64,000 nt of DNA from Ostrea edulis (taxonomy: Eukaryota): positions 35,960,001-36,024,000 of the forward strand of contig NC_079170.1 in assembly GCF_947568905.1 (NCBI RefSeq), written 5' to 3'. Made by a program: the position numbers and the translations under genes. The notes under the pieces are model-generated. The model saw nothing but the letters and a program-made list of their open reading frames with translations, ran no database searches and had not been told where the DNA came from. Shown here in pieces: positions 38,943-52,190 of this stretch; within the stretch, counting starts at the first letter, position 1, and every line of letters starts with the position of its first letter.

Positions 38943-41900
38943 ATGAGCGGAGGACTTGCTCCTAGTAAAAGCACAGTGTATGTGGGCAATCTGCCATTTT
39001 CCCTAACGAATAATGACATCCATAAAATATTCGAAAAATACGGGCGGGTAGCCAAGTAAGTCCATGTTTATCTGTTTATGTGTGCTGTGCAACACCCCAA
39101 CAGAGAAAGTGTGACAGTTTGTATGTGTGCAATGCAACACCCCAACACTGGCAACAGAGAACGTGTTTCACAGTTTGTATGTGTGCTGTGTAACACCCCA
39201 ACACTGGCAACAGAGAACGTGTTTCACAGTTTGTATGTGTGCTGTGCAACACCCCAACAGAGAAAGTGTTTCACATTTGGTGTGTGTGCTGTGCAATATC
39301 CCAACAGAGGAAGTGTTTTACAGTTTGATCTATTATAAATAGTATTTCGTACTTTAGTTTAGGTTCCAGTCAGATGGCCAAGCATGACTGTGTTATGTGA
39401 TCCCTTTGCTTGTGACTGGTTTGTAACATTAAGTTTAACTTTTTTTTGAAAACAGAAAAGCCTAAACTTTTATTTTGGATGAAAAGCCTATCGGTCTATC
39501 TCAGAGCTGTTTACATGTATGAATTGTCCGTATTTTCCACGGATTTTTAAGTCAAAATATGCTCTACGGATTCACATTGAAAATCCACGATTTAACGTTC
39601 CACGAATCTGGGGGAAAAATCAATTCCCGAAATTTACCGATTGGTATGATAAAAAAGCTTGTCGATTGAATTAAACTGGCTCCCTGCTGATTGGTGCTAC
39701 ACCGAAGAGAGAAGTGAGGTCAATAGGGAGCCAGTTTAGTCAATTAAAGTTACCATTGTTTAAAGTGCACAATTGATATATGTCAAACTTTTAAAAAAGC
39801 ATGGATGTCAAATGCCAGATTGACGAGAATGCAAACAAAACATCCAAACCCATTCAGAGGTTGAAAACAAGAGAATATATGCCCAAATTATAAGGACTCA
39901 TACAGGGTGCATTCACGCTTAGTACCAGGTATATTTCAAATTGGACATTTCATGTATTATGTCTTTTCATTTATTTACACTTTTCCCCTCTGTATAGTTT
40001 ACTTTATGCATGTCTGTTGTTCTTGCATGCCCTTAATGGGGCCCAAATTTTAAAAAAAGACAAACACAAAACAACAGTCTCATTCTCACAACTTTCACTT
40101 TGTTTCAACCAGAATTTAACCATTGTTTCTGTCCTTATTAATAAAGTTTTCTGTTGGTCTTAAATCAGTAGCTTGGATATTTCATTTCACAACTTCAAAG
40201 TTTGAACGGTGTTGAGCCCCTACTTATGTTGAAAATAAAGTGGACATTTTGGCAGTAAGAACAAAAACAATTTCTCATCTTCATAAATGAGCCACGGAGA
40301 CCCCATGGTCAACAATAGTCTTTATGGTTTTCTTTATAGTTTGATTTTTTCTTTGATCGTTCAGGGTTTGGCAACTCAGTTTCTTTACCATATTTTGGTC
40401 GAATTCACACATTGTTTAACTGGGTGTTTTGCTCTTGCATAATATCTTTTTTTTATATTCTTCCAGAGTTACAGTTTTAAAGGATGATTCAAGAAGAAGT
40501 AAGGGTGTGGCGTTCATCATGTTTATAGAGAAGGATTCAGCCTACAAGGCTGTTCGTGCCCTGAACAAGACAGAGGTACGGAATCTTCTTGCCGTTACTG
40601 AGAGATTTATTTCTCTAATATTAATGTAATGCTTTCATGTGTCACTGATACTGCACTATGACAAGTTAACTGTATGTTCCAAGTCACTGTTCTTGCAGCA
40701 TGTTTTGTAGGACCCTGGTGTTACAATTAGCATTAGACAAGTTCATATTAATTTGAGGAAATGAGTAATTATAATTGTTGAAAATCTTGGATAATTACTG
40801 CCATGGATAGTGTTCAGGCCTTAAAATGTCTCTCCATCAACCCGAGATCAACAAGAGGATCAATGAATTTAAAACATAAGTCTGTCCATTGTGCTAGTAA
40901 AAAATCATGTTTCATTTATGAAAAAACAAGGCCTTCACCCATAATAGACCACTTAACCTACATGTAGGTTAATACGTCAGTTTTTGATAAAGAGTCTGAT
41001 ATGTTATACTTACTTACTTAATCCTCTTCGTGCTTGAAAGCACATAAGGCCTTCACTGAGGATCGCCATCTCTGTCTGTCTGCTGCCATGTTCTGAATCC
41101 GGCCCCAAGTCCATCCACACTCCTTCATCTCTTTCTCTACTGATCGCCGCCATGTTTCCTTTGGTCTCCCTCTATTTCTCTTTCCTGCTGGTGTCCCTCT
41201 CAGGGCAATCTTTGGAATTGATGTTGCTCCCATCCTGTGGACATGGCCGATCCATTTCCATCATGTCATCTTGATCATCTCAGATATTGGTGATGTTGAC
41301 GTTCTCTGATATAGATCTTTGTTGCTGATGGTGTTGGGCCAGAAGACCTTCAGAATCCGTCGTAGGCATTTGGTCTGGAAGACATCCAATCTGTGGACAA
41401 TACCTTTGGTCACCTTCCACGACTCAGCACCATATAGGAGGACTCCAATAATGTTACTCTTGAATATCCTGATCTTGGTCTTGATGCTGATGGCTGTTGA
41501 CTTCCAGATGTTCCTCAGGCTTGCGAAGGCTGCTCTTGCTTTGGCTATTCTGCTCTCTACATCAGATGTTGAATCCCCATCGGCTGTGATCTTACTGCCG
41601 AGGTAAACAAACTCTGAGACTTCCTCTACTACATTGTTCCCAATAGTCACTTCTCTTTCTGTTTTGTTGTTAACTTTCATGATCTTCGTCTTTCCGGCGT
41701 TGATGTTGAGACCTATCTGGCTGCCGTAGTTTGCCAAGTCGGTTGTCTTCCCTTGGATGTGTTGGAAACGATGAGCCAGGAGTGCGATGTCATCTGTGAA
41801 GTCTAGATCTTCTAGAGACTTTTCAAATGTCCAAAGCAATCCCCTGTTGTTCTGACTGGTTGTCTTCTTCATCACCCAGTCAATACACATCACAAAAAGT

Positions 41901-44900
41901 AGGGGAGATAGTAAACATCCCTGTCTCACTCCAGTCTGTAGTGGGAAGCTGTTTGTGAGGTTTGTGCCACAGATCACTCTGGCCTGGAAGTCCTGATAGA
42001 GCATCTTGATGATGGTTATGATCTTGTCTGGTATTCCGTAGTGTGCCATGATCTTCCACATTGCAGGTCGATGGATACTGTCAAATGCCTTGGCGAAGTC
42101 TATGAAATTGGCATATACTGTGGCGTTCCATTCGTTACTCTGTTCCATAATCTGTCTCAATGTGAAGATATGGTCTGCGCACGACCTTCCTCTCCGAAAC
42201 CCTGCCTGCTCATTCCGTAGGAGAGGGTTCACCATGTCTGTTATTCTGTTCAAGATGACTCTGCAGAGGACCTTGCTTGTGATGGACAGTAGCATGCATC
42301 CCCTCCAGTTGTTGGTGTCTGTCAGGTCTCCTTTCTTGGGCAGCTTCACAATCAGGCCAATTTTCCATTGGCTGGGTGCTGTCTCTGTCTCCCAGATGTT
42401 CTGCAGGATATCCGTCAGTACTCTTGGTGTTACCACGTCCTCTGCTTTCAGCATCTCTGCGTGTACCTGGTCACATCCCGGTGCTTTTCCATTTTTGAGG
42501 GTCCTGATGGCTTTGGTGACCTCTTCCAGTGTTGGTTTATCAGTGTCTATATCAAGGACTTCATCCGAAGGGCTGATCTCTGCTTCTGCTGATGGGTCCT
42601 CTCTGTTGAGCACTCGTTCAAAGTGTTCCTTCTAACATGTTAGCTCCTCTTCCGTACAGCTTGTCAGTTCCCCATCCTGTTTCCAGACTGGTATTTCTGC
42701 ATTCTTGAAGCCTCCGCTGAGAGATTTAGAGATATGGTATAATGTGCCCATATCCTTTCTAGCAGCTGCATCCTCTGCATCAGTAGCTAACCTCTTGATG
42801 TAGTCCTTCTTTGCGCTCTTCTTGACCTCTTTGTCCTGTTGAGAATATGTTCTCTTCAAGCTCTCCTTCAGCCTTGGTGACTTAGTTGACAGAAGTTTGC
42901 TCTTCGTAGCTTTTCTCCTTACAATCATATCCCAGGTTTTGGCTGATATCCATTCTTTCTTCCTCCTTCTCAACCCAAGTGCCTCCTGTCCTACTTCCAT
43001 CATCACTGTGTTGAAGTCATCTAGGTCGAGTTGCTGTTGATCTTGTAGCACCTCGAATCTGTTCCTGACTTTCAGCTGGAATGCTCTCATTATCACTGGA
43101 TCTTTCAGTTTCTGTACATCAAAAAGCAGTGATCTTTGTTCCCCTTTCTTGGCTTTCCTCAACTTCAGTTTCAGCTTTGTCAGGATAAGAGAATGGTCAC
43201 TTCCAGCATCAGCTCCCCGTAAAACTCTTACATCTTGTAGTGTCCCTCTCCATCTCTTGTTTATAGGACATGGTCTATCTGATTCCTGGTCTGCCCATCT
43301 GGCGATGTCCATGTCCATTTGTGGATGTTCTTGTGCTGGAAGATGGTGCCTCCAATGACCAGGTTATTGTCCTTGCAGAAGTTGACAAGTCTGCTTCCAT
43401 TGTCATTGATGATACCACATCCTTGTTTTCCCATCACCCGTTCTTTTCCTTCATTGTTTGTCCCAACTTTTGCATTGAGATCTCCTAATAGCAGAAGCAT
43501 GTCGTGAACTGGTGTCTCTTCCACTGTCGTCTGAAGTTGGTCGTAGAATGCCTCTTTCTCTTCCTCCTCGGAGTCTTCTATAGGAGAGTAGCAGATAACG
43601 ACTGTCAGCTTGGCATACATACTTTGAATGAAATCTTGAAGTCAGAATTCTGTCACTCACTGGCTTCCATCCAATCATGCATCTACTAAGTCTTCTGTTG
43701 GTCATAAGACCTACTCCTCTGCTATGATGGTCATCCTTCTTTCCTGAATAAATGATGGTATGTGCCGTAGCTAACTTCCAGGATCCACTTCCAGTCCACC
43801 TCGTTTCACAAACTCCTAGCATCTCGATGTTATTCAACTCCATCTCCTTGATGACTTGTGCTAGCCTTCCTGTTTGTTAGAGGGTGCGTGCGTTCCAGCA
43901 TCCAACTCTACATACGTCTTTAGGGGTGAGAACGTCTGCCGTCTGGATGTCAGTGTCCTGTCGGCTTTGGCTGTCATCCGTCATGGATCCAGTATCCTGG
44001 GTAGCGTCTATCCTCTCCCCAGTTCCAAGTTCCTCAGTGTTTGTTTCTGTAACGGGTTCGGTTTTTTACATGGCAGGGTTGCTGGCCCTGCGCACAACCC
44101 TCCTCCTTTCTCATCCGGGCTTGGGACCAGCCATGGCGGAGTTCTGATATGTTATAGATGTTGCAAAAAATTTAGAGAAAGCAACAACTCTATTTCAATC
44201 TTTGATTTTGATTCAGATTATCTGTCTAATAGTTCTGAATAAATTAAAATTAATTATCAAAACTTACATTTTGATATCTTTTGATAGTAAACATTAATAA
44301 TGTATTACATATCATCATTAGTCACCAGAAGGACAGCAAATCTAGAACAGGACCAGTAACTCTGCATGGTTACTGGTCATGTAGACCACTGAGTTAAAAA
44401 ATTAGTCACAAGAAGGACAGCTAGACAAATCTAGAACAGGACCGGTAGCTCGGCATGGTTACTGGTCATGTAGACCACTGAGTTAAAATTAGTCACAAGA
44501 AGGACAGGTAGACAAATCTAGAACAGGACCGGTAGCTCTGCATGGTTACTGGTCATGTAGACCACTGAGTTAAAATTAGTCACAAGAAGGACAGGTAGAC
44601 AAATCTAGAACAGGACCGGTAACTCTGCATGTTTACTGGTTTTGTAGACCATTGAGTTAAAATTAGTTACAAGAAGGACAGCTAGACAAATCTAGAACAG
44701 GACCGGTAAATCTGCATGGTCACCGGTCCTGTAGACTAGTGGGTTAAAATGCTAAGGTGTGTACATTGGTCATAGATATGTTGAATTATATGTGTTAATT
44801 ATTTTATCATATTTCATGATGTAGATGTTTGGTAGGACTATAAAATGCAACATTGCAAAAGACAATGGCAGGACTACAGATTTTATTCGGAGGAAAAACT

Positions 44901-47900
44901 ATCCTGACAAATCCAGATGCTATGAGTGTGGTGTAAGTATTTAAATGGATTTAAAAAAAAAACTTTAGACAAATCCAGGTGCTATGTGTGATGTAAGTGT
45001 TAATTTAAAGGAAAAAACTCTCAAGAAATCTTGAAGTTACGAGTGATCTGGTTTAAATATTAGAAAACAACTTTTCCACATCTTAATACATGTACTGTGA
45101 GTGTGGTGTAAGAACAAAAGTTAGAAAATGCAGATCCAGATGCAGAAACATGAAAAAGGAATTTTTAACAAAGAACAAGATACGACTGTATACATAAAAA
45201 GGCCCAAAAAATTTCTTTCTATAAAATGTGTCTGGAATTAACTTTAATCAGTATTTTAAGAAAGTAAAATATATGCCAGGTATACTATGTCAACAAAATC
45301 AGAATGATATTCCTAAATGGATAGCATTATGGCATCATGAATAAGACATTTCCCACCTTTTTCTCAAAATAAGCCTGAAAACTGTCAAATGACATACAGA
45401 TTATTGCTCAGGAAAAGATGTGCGCATTTGTTGAGCAAAATGAAAATGATATATATTGTGAATTATTTTACAATGAAAAATATGCTTGAATATGAATTTG
45501 CTCGACGCATGCGCTGTATGTTTTCTGAAAGGAAAACCACCTGAATTTGTGGATATTTTCTTTGAAAATGGCATTTTTGCAATTTTAAACCAACTTCAAG
45601 CTCTCGTCATATGACACAGATCATTTTGCTGATCAAACTGAGCGGATTTTGGGTTTGTTAATCCATTCCTTATTTGAATGCCAAGTTTGAGCTACAAGTG
45701 AAATCATCAATATTTTGGGACAAATGACTTTAGAAACTGTACCTACTTCTTAGTTGATGACCCAAACTTGCCTCCCCAGACTGTTTCTGATGAGGAAAAT
45801 ACAAGTTGACTTTGATTCTGAATTTCTTTAATGGAAGAGGCATTTTTTATGTTGAGTTATCCCCCCCCCCCCCCCCCTGAAATCTGTACACCACTGTATT
45901 AAAGATTTTGAAATTATAGAATGATACATATCAATTATCAATTTCAGATAAAATGTACCTGTTATGTATGCATAAATCAACACTTCATAGTTCTATAGGA
46001 TCTAATTATGAGTTGTTTATCAAAGATATAATTTATCAGAAATGTAATAATTCATCAGAAATGTAATAAATTATCAGAAATGTAATAATTCATTAGAAAT
46101 GTAATGATTTATCAGAAGTGTAATTATCATTATTAGATCTGAAATGAAATCATTTTTGTAGGAAGAGGGTCATCTAAGTTACAAGTGTCCAAAAAATCTT
46201 CTTGGTGAAAGGGAACCACCTCCTAAAAAAGAAAAGAAGAGAAAGAAGGAAGATGAGGAGGAATACAGGTACAGATTCACTGGGTGTCTAGTCAGACCAG
46301 GACTGGACATCAGATGACCGGGACAGGACTGGACATCAGATGACCGGGACAGGACTGGATGTCTGATGACCAGGACAGGACTGGACATCAGATGACCAGG
46401 ACAAGACTGGATATCAGATGACAGGGACAAGACTGGACATCAGATGACCGGGACAAGACTGGACATCAGATGACCAGGACACAACTGGACATCAGATGAC
46501 CGGGACAGGACTGGACGTCTGATGACCAGGACAGGACTAGACGTCTGATGACTGTGACAGGACTGGACGTCTGATGACCAGGACAGGACTAGACATCAGA
46601 TGACTGAGACAGGACTGGATGTCTGATGACCATGACAGGACTGGACTTCTGAATTAATGTCCATGACAGGACTGGACTTCTGAATTAATGTCCATGACAG
46701 GACTGAACTTCTGAATTGACCACAATGTTCAATCAGAGTGGGGCAGGACTGGACGTTTGAAACTGTACACCACATTTAGTGATCAGATATTCAAAACATA
46801 ACCTGTTCATGGTTCAACTTCTTACAGCCGTTTATTTATCTACCAACAATTTCAAACTAATCAATGTCTACTCATTCTGTCACCGATCTGCACCTAAAAC
46901 TCCAAGAAGTGTTGTAGACTCACTCCTTGTTGATGATACAAATATATTTGTCCTTATTTTGTGAGGTGTTTTATTCACAAATTCATAAAACTGACTTTAT
47001 CTTTTCTCCATGGAATATATTTAGGATTTTTAAATATTCAGAATTTCTTGTACCTCTAAGAAAGTGGGAACTGTAAAGTTACTTTCGAAATACAACATGA
47101 AATTACGCATTGAATTTTTGGTTTTGGAGACTGTCAATCCTACAAAACAACTGAACAATTATCAAAAAGAAAAACAGATATTAGTTAATTTCACAAAAAT
47201 TACTTATCAATTAAAATTCAGTTTATACAACTTATGGACTTCGATGTTATATTTGGAACAATATTAAAATTGCAAGCAGAAACTATGGACCAAGCATTAT
47301 GGAGTTACTAGAAATTTCCATATGTCTGATTCAAGATTGAAGAAATGAACAGGCATATTTCATTTATTCAAAAATTATCAAAACTCGTTTCTTTTGTAAG
47401 ATCAAAATCAAACATCGATAAATGTAACCACTATTTACATGTACGGATTTACTTTATATTGTATTACATGCATTTTATGTAAAAGTTGTTATTTTAAAAA
47501 AGAAATATTGCCCGACTTAGATCCACCAAAGCATGTCCACCCCTTTACTCTCTTTTCTGCTATTTCAGGATAGTTAATAGGGAACCAAAGTAGGTTTATG
47601 ATTAATTTCACAATAATTACTAATCAAGTCAAATTCTGTTATAGCTTACAAACTTGATCATATACAGGTATATGAAACAATATCAAATGTGTAAGCAGTA
47701 ACTCTGGAGTGTCTCGGAGTTTGTTGTCAAAATCTATTACTTTTATACAAGTAGATACTAGCCATCAAGTTACTAAAGCAGGTTTGTCATTTATAGTGAA
47801 GAAGAGGAAGAGAGTGAAACAGAAGACCCAGCCCTGGAGAGTTTGTCTGCAGCCATCAAATACCAGGTACACACATTTTGTAGATGCCGAACTGTAGCTC

Positions 47901-48318
47901 TCTGAAAAAATATTGTGACAGATCTGTCGACCACCATCTTTTTTCAGAGAGCTACAGTTCTGCAGCTAATCTTGTCGTATATAAAATGGCCAGAATTATG
48001 ATTGCATGTAATTCTTGCAACGTAAAGGGAAATTCTAAAAATACATGTAGATATAAGAGAAAGCATTCCCCAAGAAAATACATTGATTTGTCCCGCAAAA
48101 TAGTCACACACCCCTCCTGAAATATGCAATATCTGTACAATACTATTTAATGTTTGTAATTATCCCCCCTTTATATGCAGCAACACCAGATGGAGCTGGA
48201 ATCTATGAGATATGCAGCCACTTCCTCCTCTTCTGTGCACGAGGAAGAGGAACCCAAGCGTAAAAAATACAAGAAAGATGCTTACTTCAGCGATGAGGAA
48301 GAGTTTGATGACGGTTGA
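38943..48318 (+). CDS. ZCRB1: Zinc finger CCHC-type and RNA-binding motif protein 1 (U11/U12 snRNP 31 kDa), 214 aa
   Basis: Exons 38943-39055, 40467-40575, 44825-44932, 46162-46268, 47797-47866, 48181-48318 (645 nt, all GT-AG, phases consistent). The protein reads [25 protein letters not shown] (RRM), [17 protein letters not shown] (CCHC knuckle) and [11 protein letters not shown], closely matching recalled ZCRB1. Confidence 0.96.
39075..39320. repeat. ~50-bp tandem repeat in ZCRB1 intron 1
   Basis: Recurrent TGTGTGCTGTGCAACACCCCAAC. Confidence 0.85.
41009..44143 (-). mobile_element. RTE-clade LINE, antisense in ZCRB1 intron 2
   Basis: 450-aa RT ORF at 42613-41261 plus endonuclease fragments. 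(TAAG)n tail. TSD TCTGATATGTTATA at 40995-41008 and 44143-44156; the base at 44143 could belong to either TSD or element. Confidence 0.94.
44095..44143 (-). ncRNA. Twister ribozyme (P1-type), 3' cleavage-product portion, at the LINE 5' end
   Basis: The minus strand reads AACUCCGCC-AUG-GCUGGUCCCAAGCCCGGAU-GAGAAA-GGAGGAGGGUUG. This aligns to the recalled rice twister (U^AACACUGCC-AAU-GCCGGUCCCAAGCCCGGAU-AAAA-GUGGAGGGGG), with a covarying P2 (CUCC/GGAG). Confidence 0.85.
44320..44750. repeat. ~86-bp tandem repeat, 5 copies
   Basis: Recurrent AAATCTAGAACAGGACC...GTAGACCACTGAGTTAAAA. Confidence 0.9.
46297..46720. repeat. 26-bp minisatellite just after ZCRB1 exon 4
   Basis: Unit CAGGACTGGACATCAGATGACCGGGA. 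Confidence 0.92.
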
Positions 48319-49371
48319 CCCAAAGTGACCCAGTCAAGCGTGTTAATGAGTTGACATATTTTATGTTCGCATTTGATGTAGATTTGATTGTAGTTGCAAG
48401 AAATGTTCGAGTTCAAGTGTACAAATCTCCAAACCAATGTACAGACTTTTTCATGGTAAAGTTGATTGTGTACCTTGGATAAGGAACATATGCAATTACA
48501 TACATTTGTATTGAAATATAGTGCACTGTTCAGGTCTACTTGTTCAAGCCAATTCAACAGGGCAGATTTTTCAAAAATTCCTGTTGTTGCAAAATTTCAT
48601 TGCAAGATTTCAATAAAATCATACATGTAGATGGTGTGCATTTCAAATGCTGCCAACTTCCTCTGTAAGTGCAGTTATACTGGTACACATACCATATGGG
48701 CATTGTTATTATGGTAGTTGAGGGTAAACTCGACACATATCACCATATGTTCCTGCCATATTTAAATAAAATAATCCATGAGATTTTGCATAAATTGAAT
48801 TTATTCTCAGCAACAACATGTATGCAACACTGGTTGTGGTCGCCTCATGTCAACATAATATCAACACGATGGTGTGATAATTGTAGAGAAATCAATTATG
48901 ACATGAATTTTATCGACACAATGATGTGATAATTTTAGAGAAATCAATTATGACATGAATTTTCTTCTGTTAACATGTGAACCCTACAGCAAATACTATG
49001 GACATGAAGAAAATAAAAGTGATCTCGCATAATTTACATGTAACTTTAACATCCAGGTGGTAAATAAACTGCTGACAATTGATTTAAAATACACACACAT
49101 GCTCGCACACACACACACTAAACAAAAACAAAACATACAAACATCAGAAGCAATATACAATGTATATTATGTCCTTATTTATTTGACCCCATATCTACAT
49201 TCAGATCTGACACTTGGGATGTTGAGTATTGATGGTTATATATATGTGTGTGTGTGTATATATATATTTGTGTGTGTGTTTATATATAATTATATATACA
49301 CACACACACCAGTGATTTGTTCAGTACTCTTTATTTATATATAAGATCAGTGCCTCATTCTATACACTTTT

Positions 49372-49754
49372 ATTAGTTAGGGCTATACGGACCATGGGAT
49401 ATCAGTCTGAATAGCTCATTGGTTAGAGCACCTGACTAGTATTGCAGGAGTCCCGGGTTCGATTCCTGGTCCAGTCATAGATTTTCTCCTATACTACATT
49501 TGGTGCCGTTGACCACTCCTGCACTACAGGTTGTCCTGCCAGGGGCAAACAGAATCTGGGTTGTGTGTCATTGAAGGAGGTAGGAATGTAGTAGCTGGCA
49601 CTGTACGGACCGTGGATAGCTCAGTGGTTAGAGCACCTGACTAGTATTGCAGGGGTCCTGGATAGCTCAGTGGTTAGAGCACCTGACTAGTAATCCAGGG
49701 GTCCCGGGTTCGATTCTCAGTCCAGCCATGGATTTTCTCCTCTCCTATGTTACA
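49372..49754 (+). mobile_element. Miniature LTR retrotransposon (TRIM) with tRNA-Thr-like LTRs
   Basis: LTR1 ends TACA at 49498, followed by PBS-like TGGTGCCGT at 49501. PPT GAAGGAGGTAGGAA is at 49573-49586. LTR2 runs TGTAG (49587) to TGTTACA (49754). Both LTRs have A and B boxes. The left boundary is approximate and no TSD was seen. Confidence 0.72.
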
Positions 49755-51364
49755 TGTATATATTGTTGATTATTTTATTACTCTTTATGTTTGAATGTCT
49801 GTGTATTAAGGAAGGTCTGGTTTGGGAAATGAAGTGACCACTTGACTGGAGCATCGCATTAAAGGGATTAAGCAAGAATTATCCAGGACTCGGATCAACT
49901 GACCTCCTCATCAACCCCCAAACAACTACAAAGTTATTTACTTTTATCATATACGCATCAATAATCCGTGATTTAATGCTGTAAAATTCAGAGTGTGATC
50001 TGAATTTCTGGATTCTCTGAGAAATGTATAATGCCATAATACATGTACATGAATGCATGTTTTTGTTGAAAGTGAAGGACTGAGTCACAGAAAAATTGCG
50101 AACACAAAAAAATCATTTCACTGTTTGTCTTTCTGATAATTAAGAATTTACTCGTCTTATAAACATGTATCTTAAAAATACAGAAGGGGGTATGTACATG
50201 TGATGAATATATCATTACTACAGGTACTGTATCTTGATCTGAAGACTTGGATCATATCTCCTTGACGTTTCACGTCTCGTTTAATCTGATAATCCATGCC
50301 TGTCAACGCGATGTGATCCGACTCTTCGGATCAAGGTTACTGTAGACTAGTAATAATATATGTACATTTAGTTTTCAGTTTTCTCTATAATCAATGCTGA
50401 CAATAAACAAATTTCAAATATAAGATATACATGCAACTCACAAGAATTATAAACAAAAATCATTATTGATGATGTCTACTTCAGAAAAAATAACAATGAG
50501 TATCAAACCTGCATGTAGTTCAAACGCGGTACTTTCTCCATCAAAACAATACACCATTAAAATTCAGGTAATATAAACACGATATACATGTACTTTCACC
50601 ATAAAAAAAATTACACCAGTAAAATTCATATCCGATATACAATTATCTTTCTTGATGCAATCAACAGGTTGAAAGTTCACAAAATAATCAAACAAATGCT
50701 GTCAATGTACCTGTACATGTAGGTGTCACCGAGTAACACTAATATTGATTTCAATGTGGGACTATACCGATGACTAGATGGGACTTATCGAGATCACTAA
50801 TTAGTAGACGACTCATGCATTCTCAAACACTATACAGCTGTCCAATGGCATGAAATTCATTTTTGAAAGTACACAAGGGCGTTAACTGATATCATTCCAA
50901 TGCACAATTTCCGAACACAGCAATAAGCATTTGTACCCACCGTGTACCAAGAGTTCCACAAGGGAAATTACTATTGGGCAACTCGGAAATTGTGTAATGG
51001 TAAGACAAAGGTGAAAACATAAGAAGTAATGATCTCTTTTGAAATCCGAACCAAGAGTCCTTGATTTATCTAATGAGTTGTAAATAAAATGCTCCTTAAT
51101 TCTAGAGAATTTTAGTATGCCTTATTTATGCCATTAATCTTGTCCTCACTGAATGTTTTTAATCATACATTGTGTAAGATGAAGATGGCTGATTGTGTTG
51201 GAAGTTTTCACTCCGGTAGACATCGACTACGTTTTATCTATCGAGCATCAGGTAAATCTTACAATATTTCCATTCTGATTGACCATTATGCAGACCAGAA
51301 AAAAATCATAATTTACATTTCAGTATTGAAAACATGCATTATAGGAACTGTAATAGTTCACACA

Positions 51365-51730
51365 TTCATGTCGGTGTCAACAATGTTTCAGTTTATGTCA
51401 GTGTCAACAATGCTTCAGTTCATGTCAGTGTCAACAATGTTTCAGTTTTTGTCGGTGTCAACAATGCTTCAGTTTATGTCGTTGTCAACAATGCTTCAGT
51501 TTATGTCGTTGTCAACAATGCTTCAGTTCATGTCGTTGTCAACAATGCTTCAGTTTATGTCGGTGTCAACAATGCTTCAGTTTATGTCGGTGTCAACAAT
51601 GCTTCAACAATGCTTCAGTTTATGTCGGTGTCAACAATGCTTCAGTTTATGTCGGTGTCAACAATGCTTCAGTTTATGTCAGTGTCAACAATGCTTCAGT
51701 TTATGTCAGTGTCAACAATGTTTCAGTTTA
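51365..51730. repeat. 27-bp minisatellite
   Basis: Unit ATGTCGGTGTCAACAATGCTTCAGTTT. Confidence 0.93.
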
Positions 51731-52123
51731 TGAACTTGATGCAAAAATGAATAAATTATAAACATAAAACAACTGAAGTACAAAATTATGCATTACAAAA
51801 CTAAACTCATATAAGTTAGTAAATACTGGCTTTTCCTAACTCGTGTCAATAATTCACCAATATATATATATAGATTTAATAACCCTGTAATATTGAAGAA
51901 ATCAACACCAGAGAAATGAAGTCGAAAACAAATTAAAATACATAAATAGTCAAGCTATGTAAAACCCCCTACATTTTATTTTCTATCAGTTTGGTGTAAT
52001 ATATATGGGAGGACAGTGTGTAGCTTTATGTTAAGGACAGGTATTAGACAGTGGATAATAAAGTACACAGCTATGGTATATATATGCTACGCTTGTCCAC
52101 AACTCTCATGTACATGATGAATA

Positions 52124-52190
52124 GTTTCTGTGGAAACGAGGGGGTTATTTATATTCGGTCTATAAATAACCCCCTCGTTTCCACAGAAAC
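52124..52190. repeat. Perfect 30-bp-arm hairpin flanked by 13-bp direct repeats
   Basis: Arms 52124-52153 and 52161-52190, loop TTCGGTC, and TACATGATGAATA at 52111-52123 and 52191-52203. Confidence 0.9.

Noticed and set aside
43874-44242. Antisense and shadow ORFs over both LINEs
   Set aside because: They are by-products of RT/endonuclease coding sequence on the opposite strand or in other frames.
49400-49730. Functional tRNA genes
   Set aside because: Acceptor stems are poor and the units sit in an LTR-PBS-PPT layout. Other tRNA-like bits (about 32085-32125 and 60640-60665) are fragments.
50230-50345. CpG-richer minus-strand stretch reading SEESDHIALTGMDYQIKRDVKRQGDMIQVFRSRY
   Set aside because: There is an in-frame stop right after the only plausible acceptor and no recognisable homology.
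51128-51750. 201-aa and 138-aa ORFs, and a possible first exon MKMADCVGSFHSGRHRLRFIYRAS|gtaaat
   Set aside because: Most of their length comes from the 27-bp repeat, and I found no convincing downstream exons.
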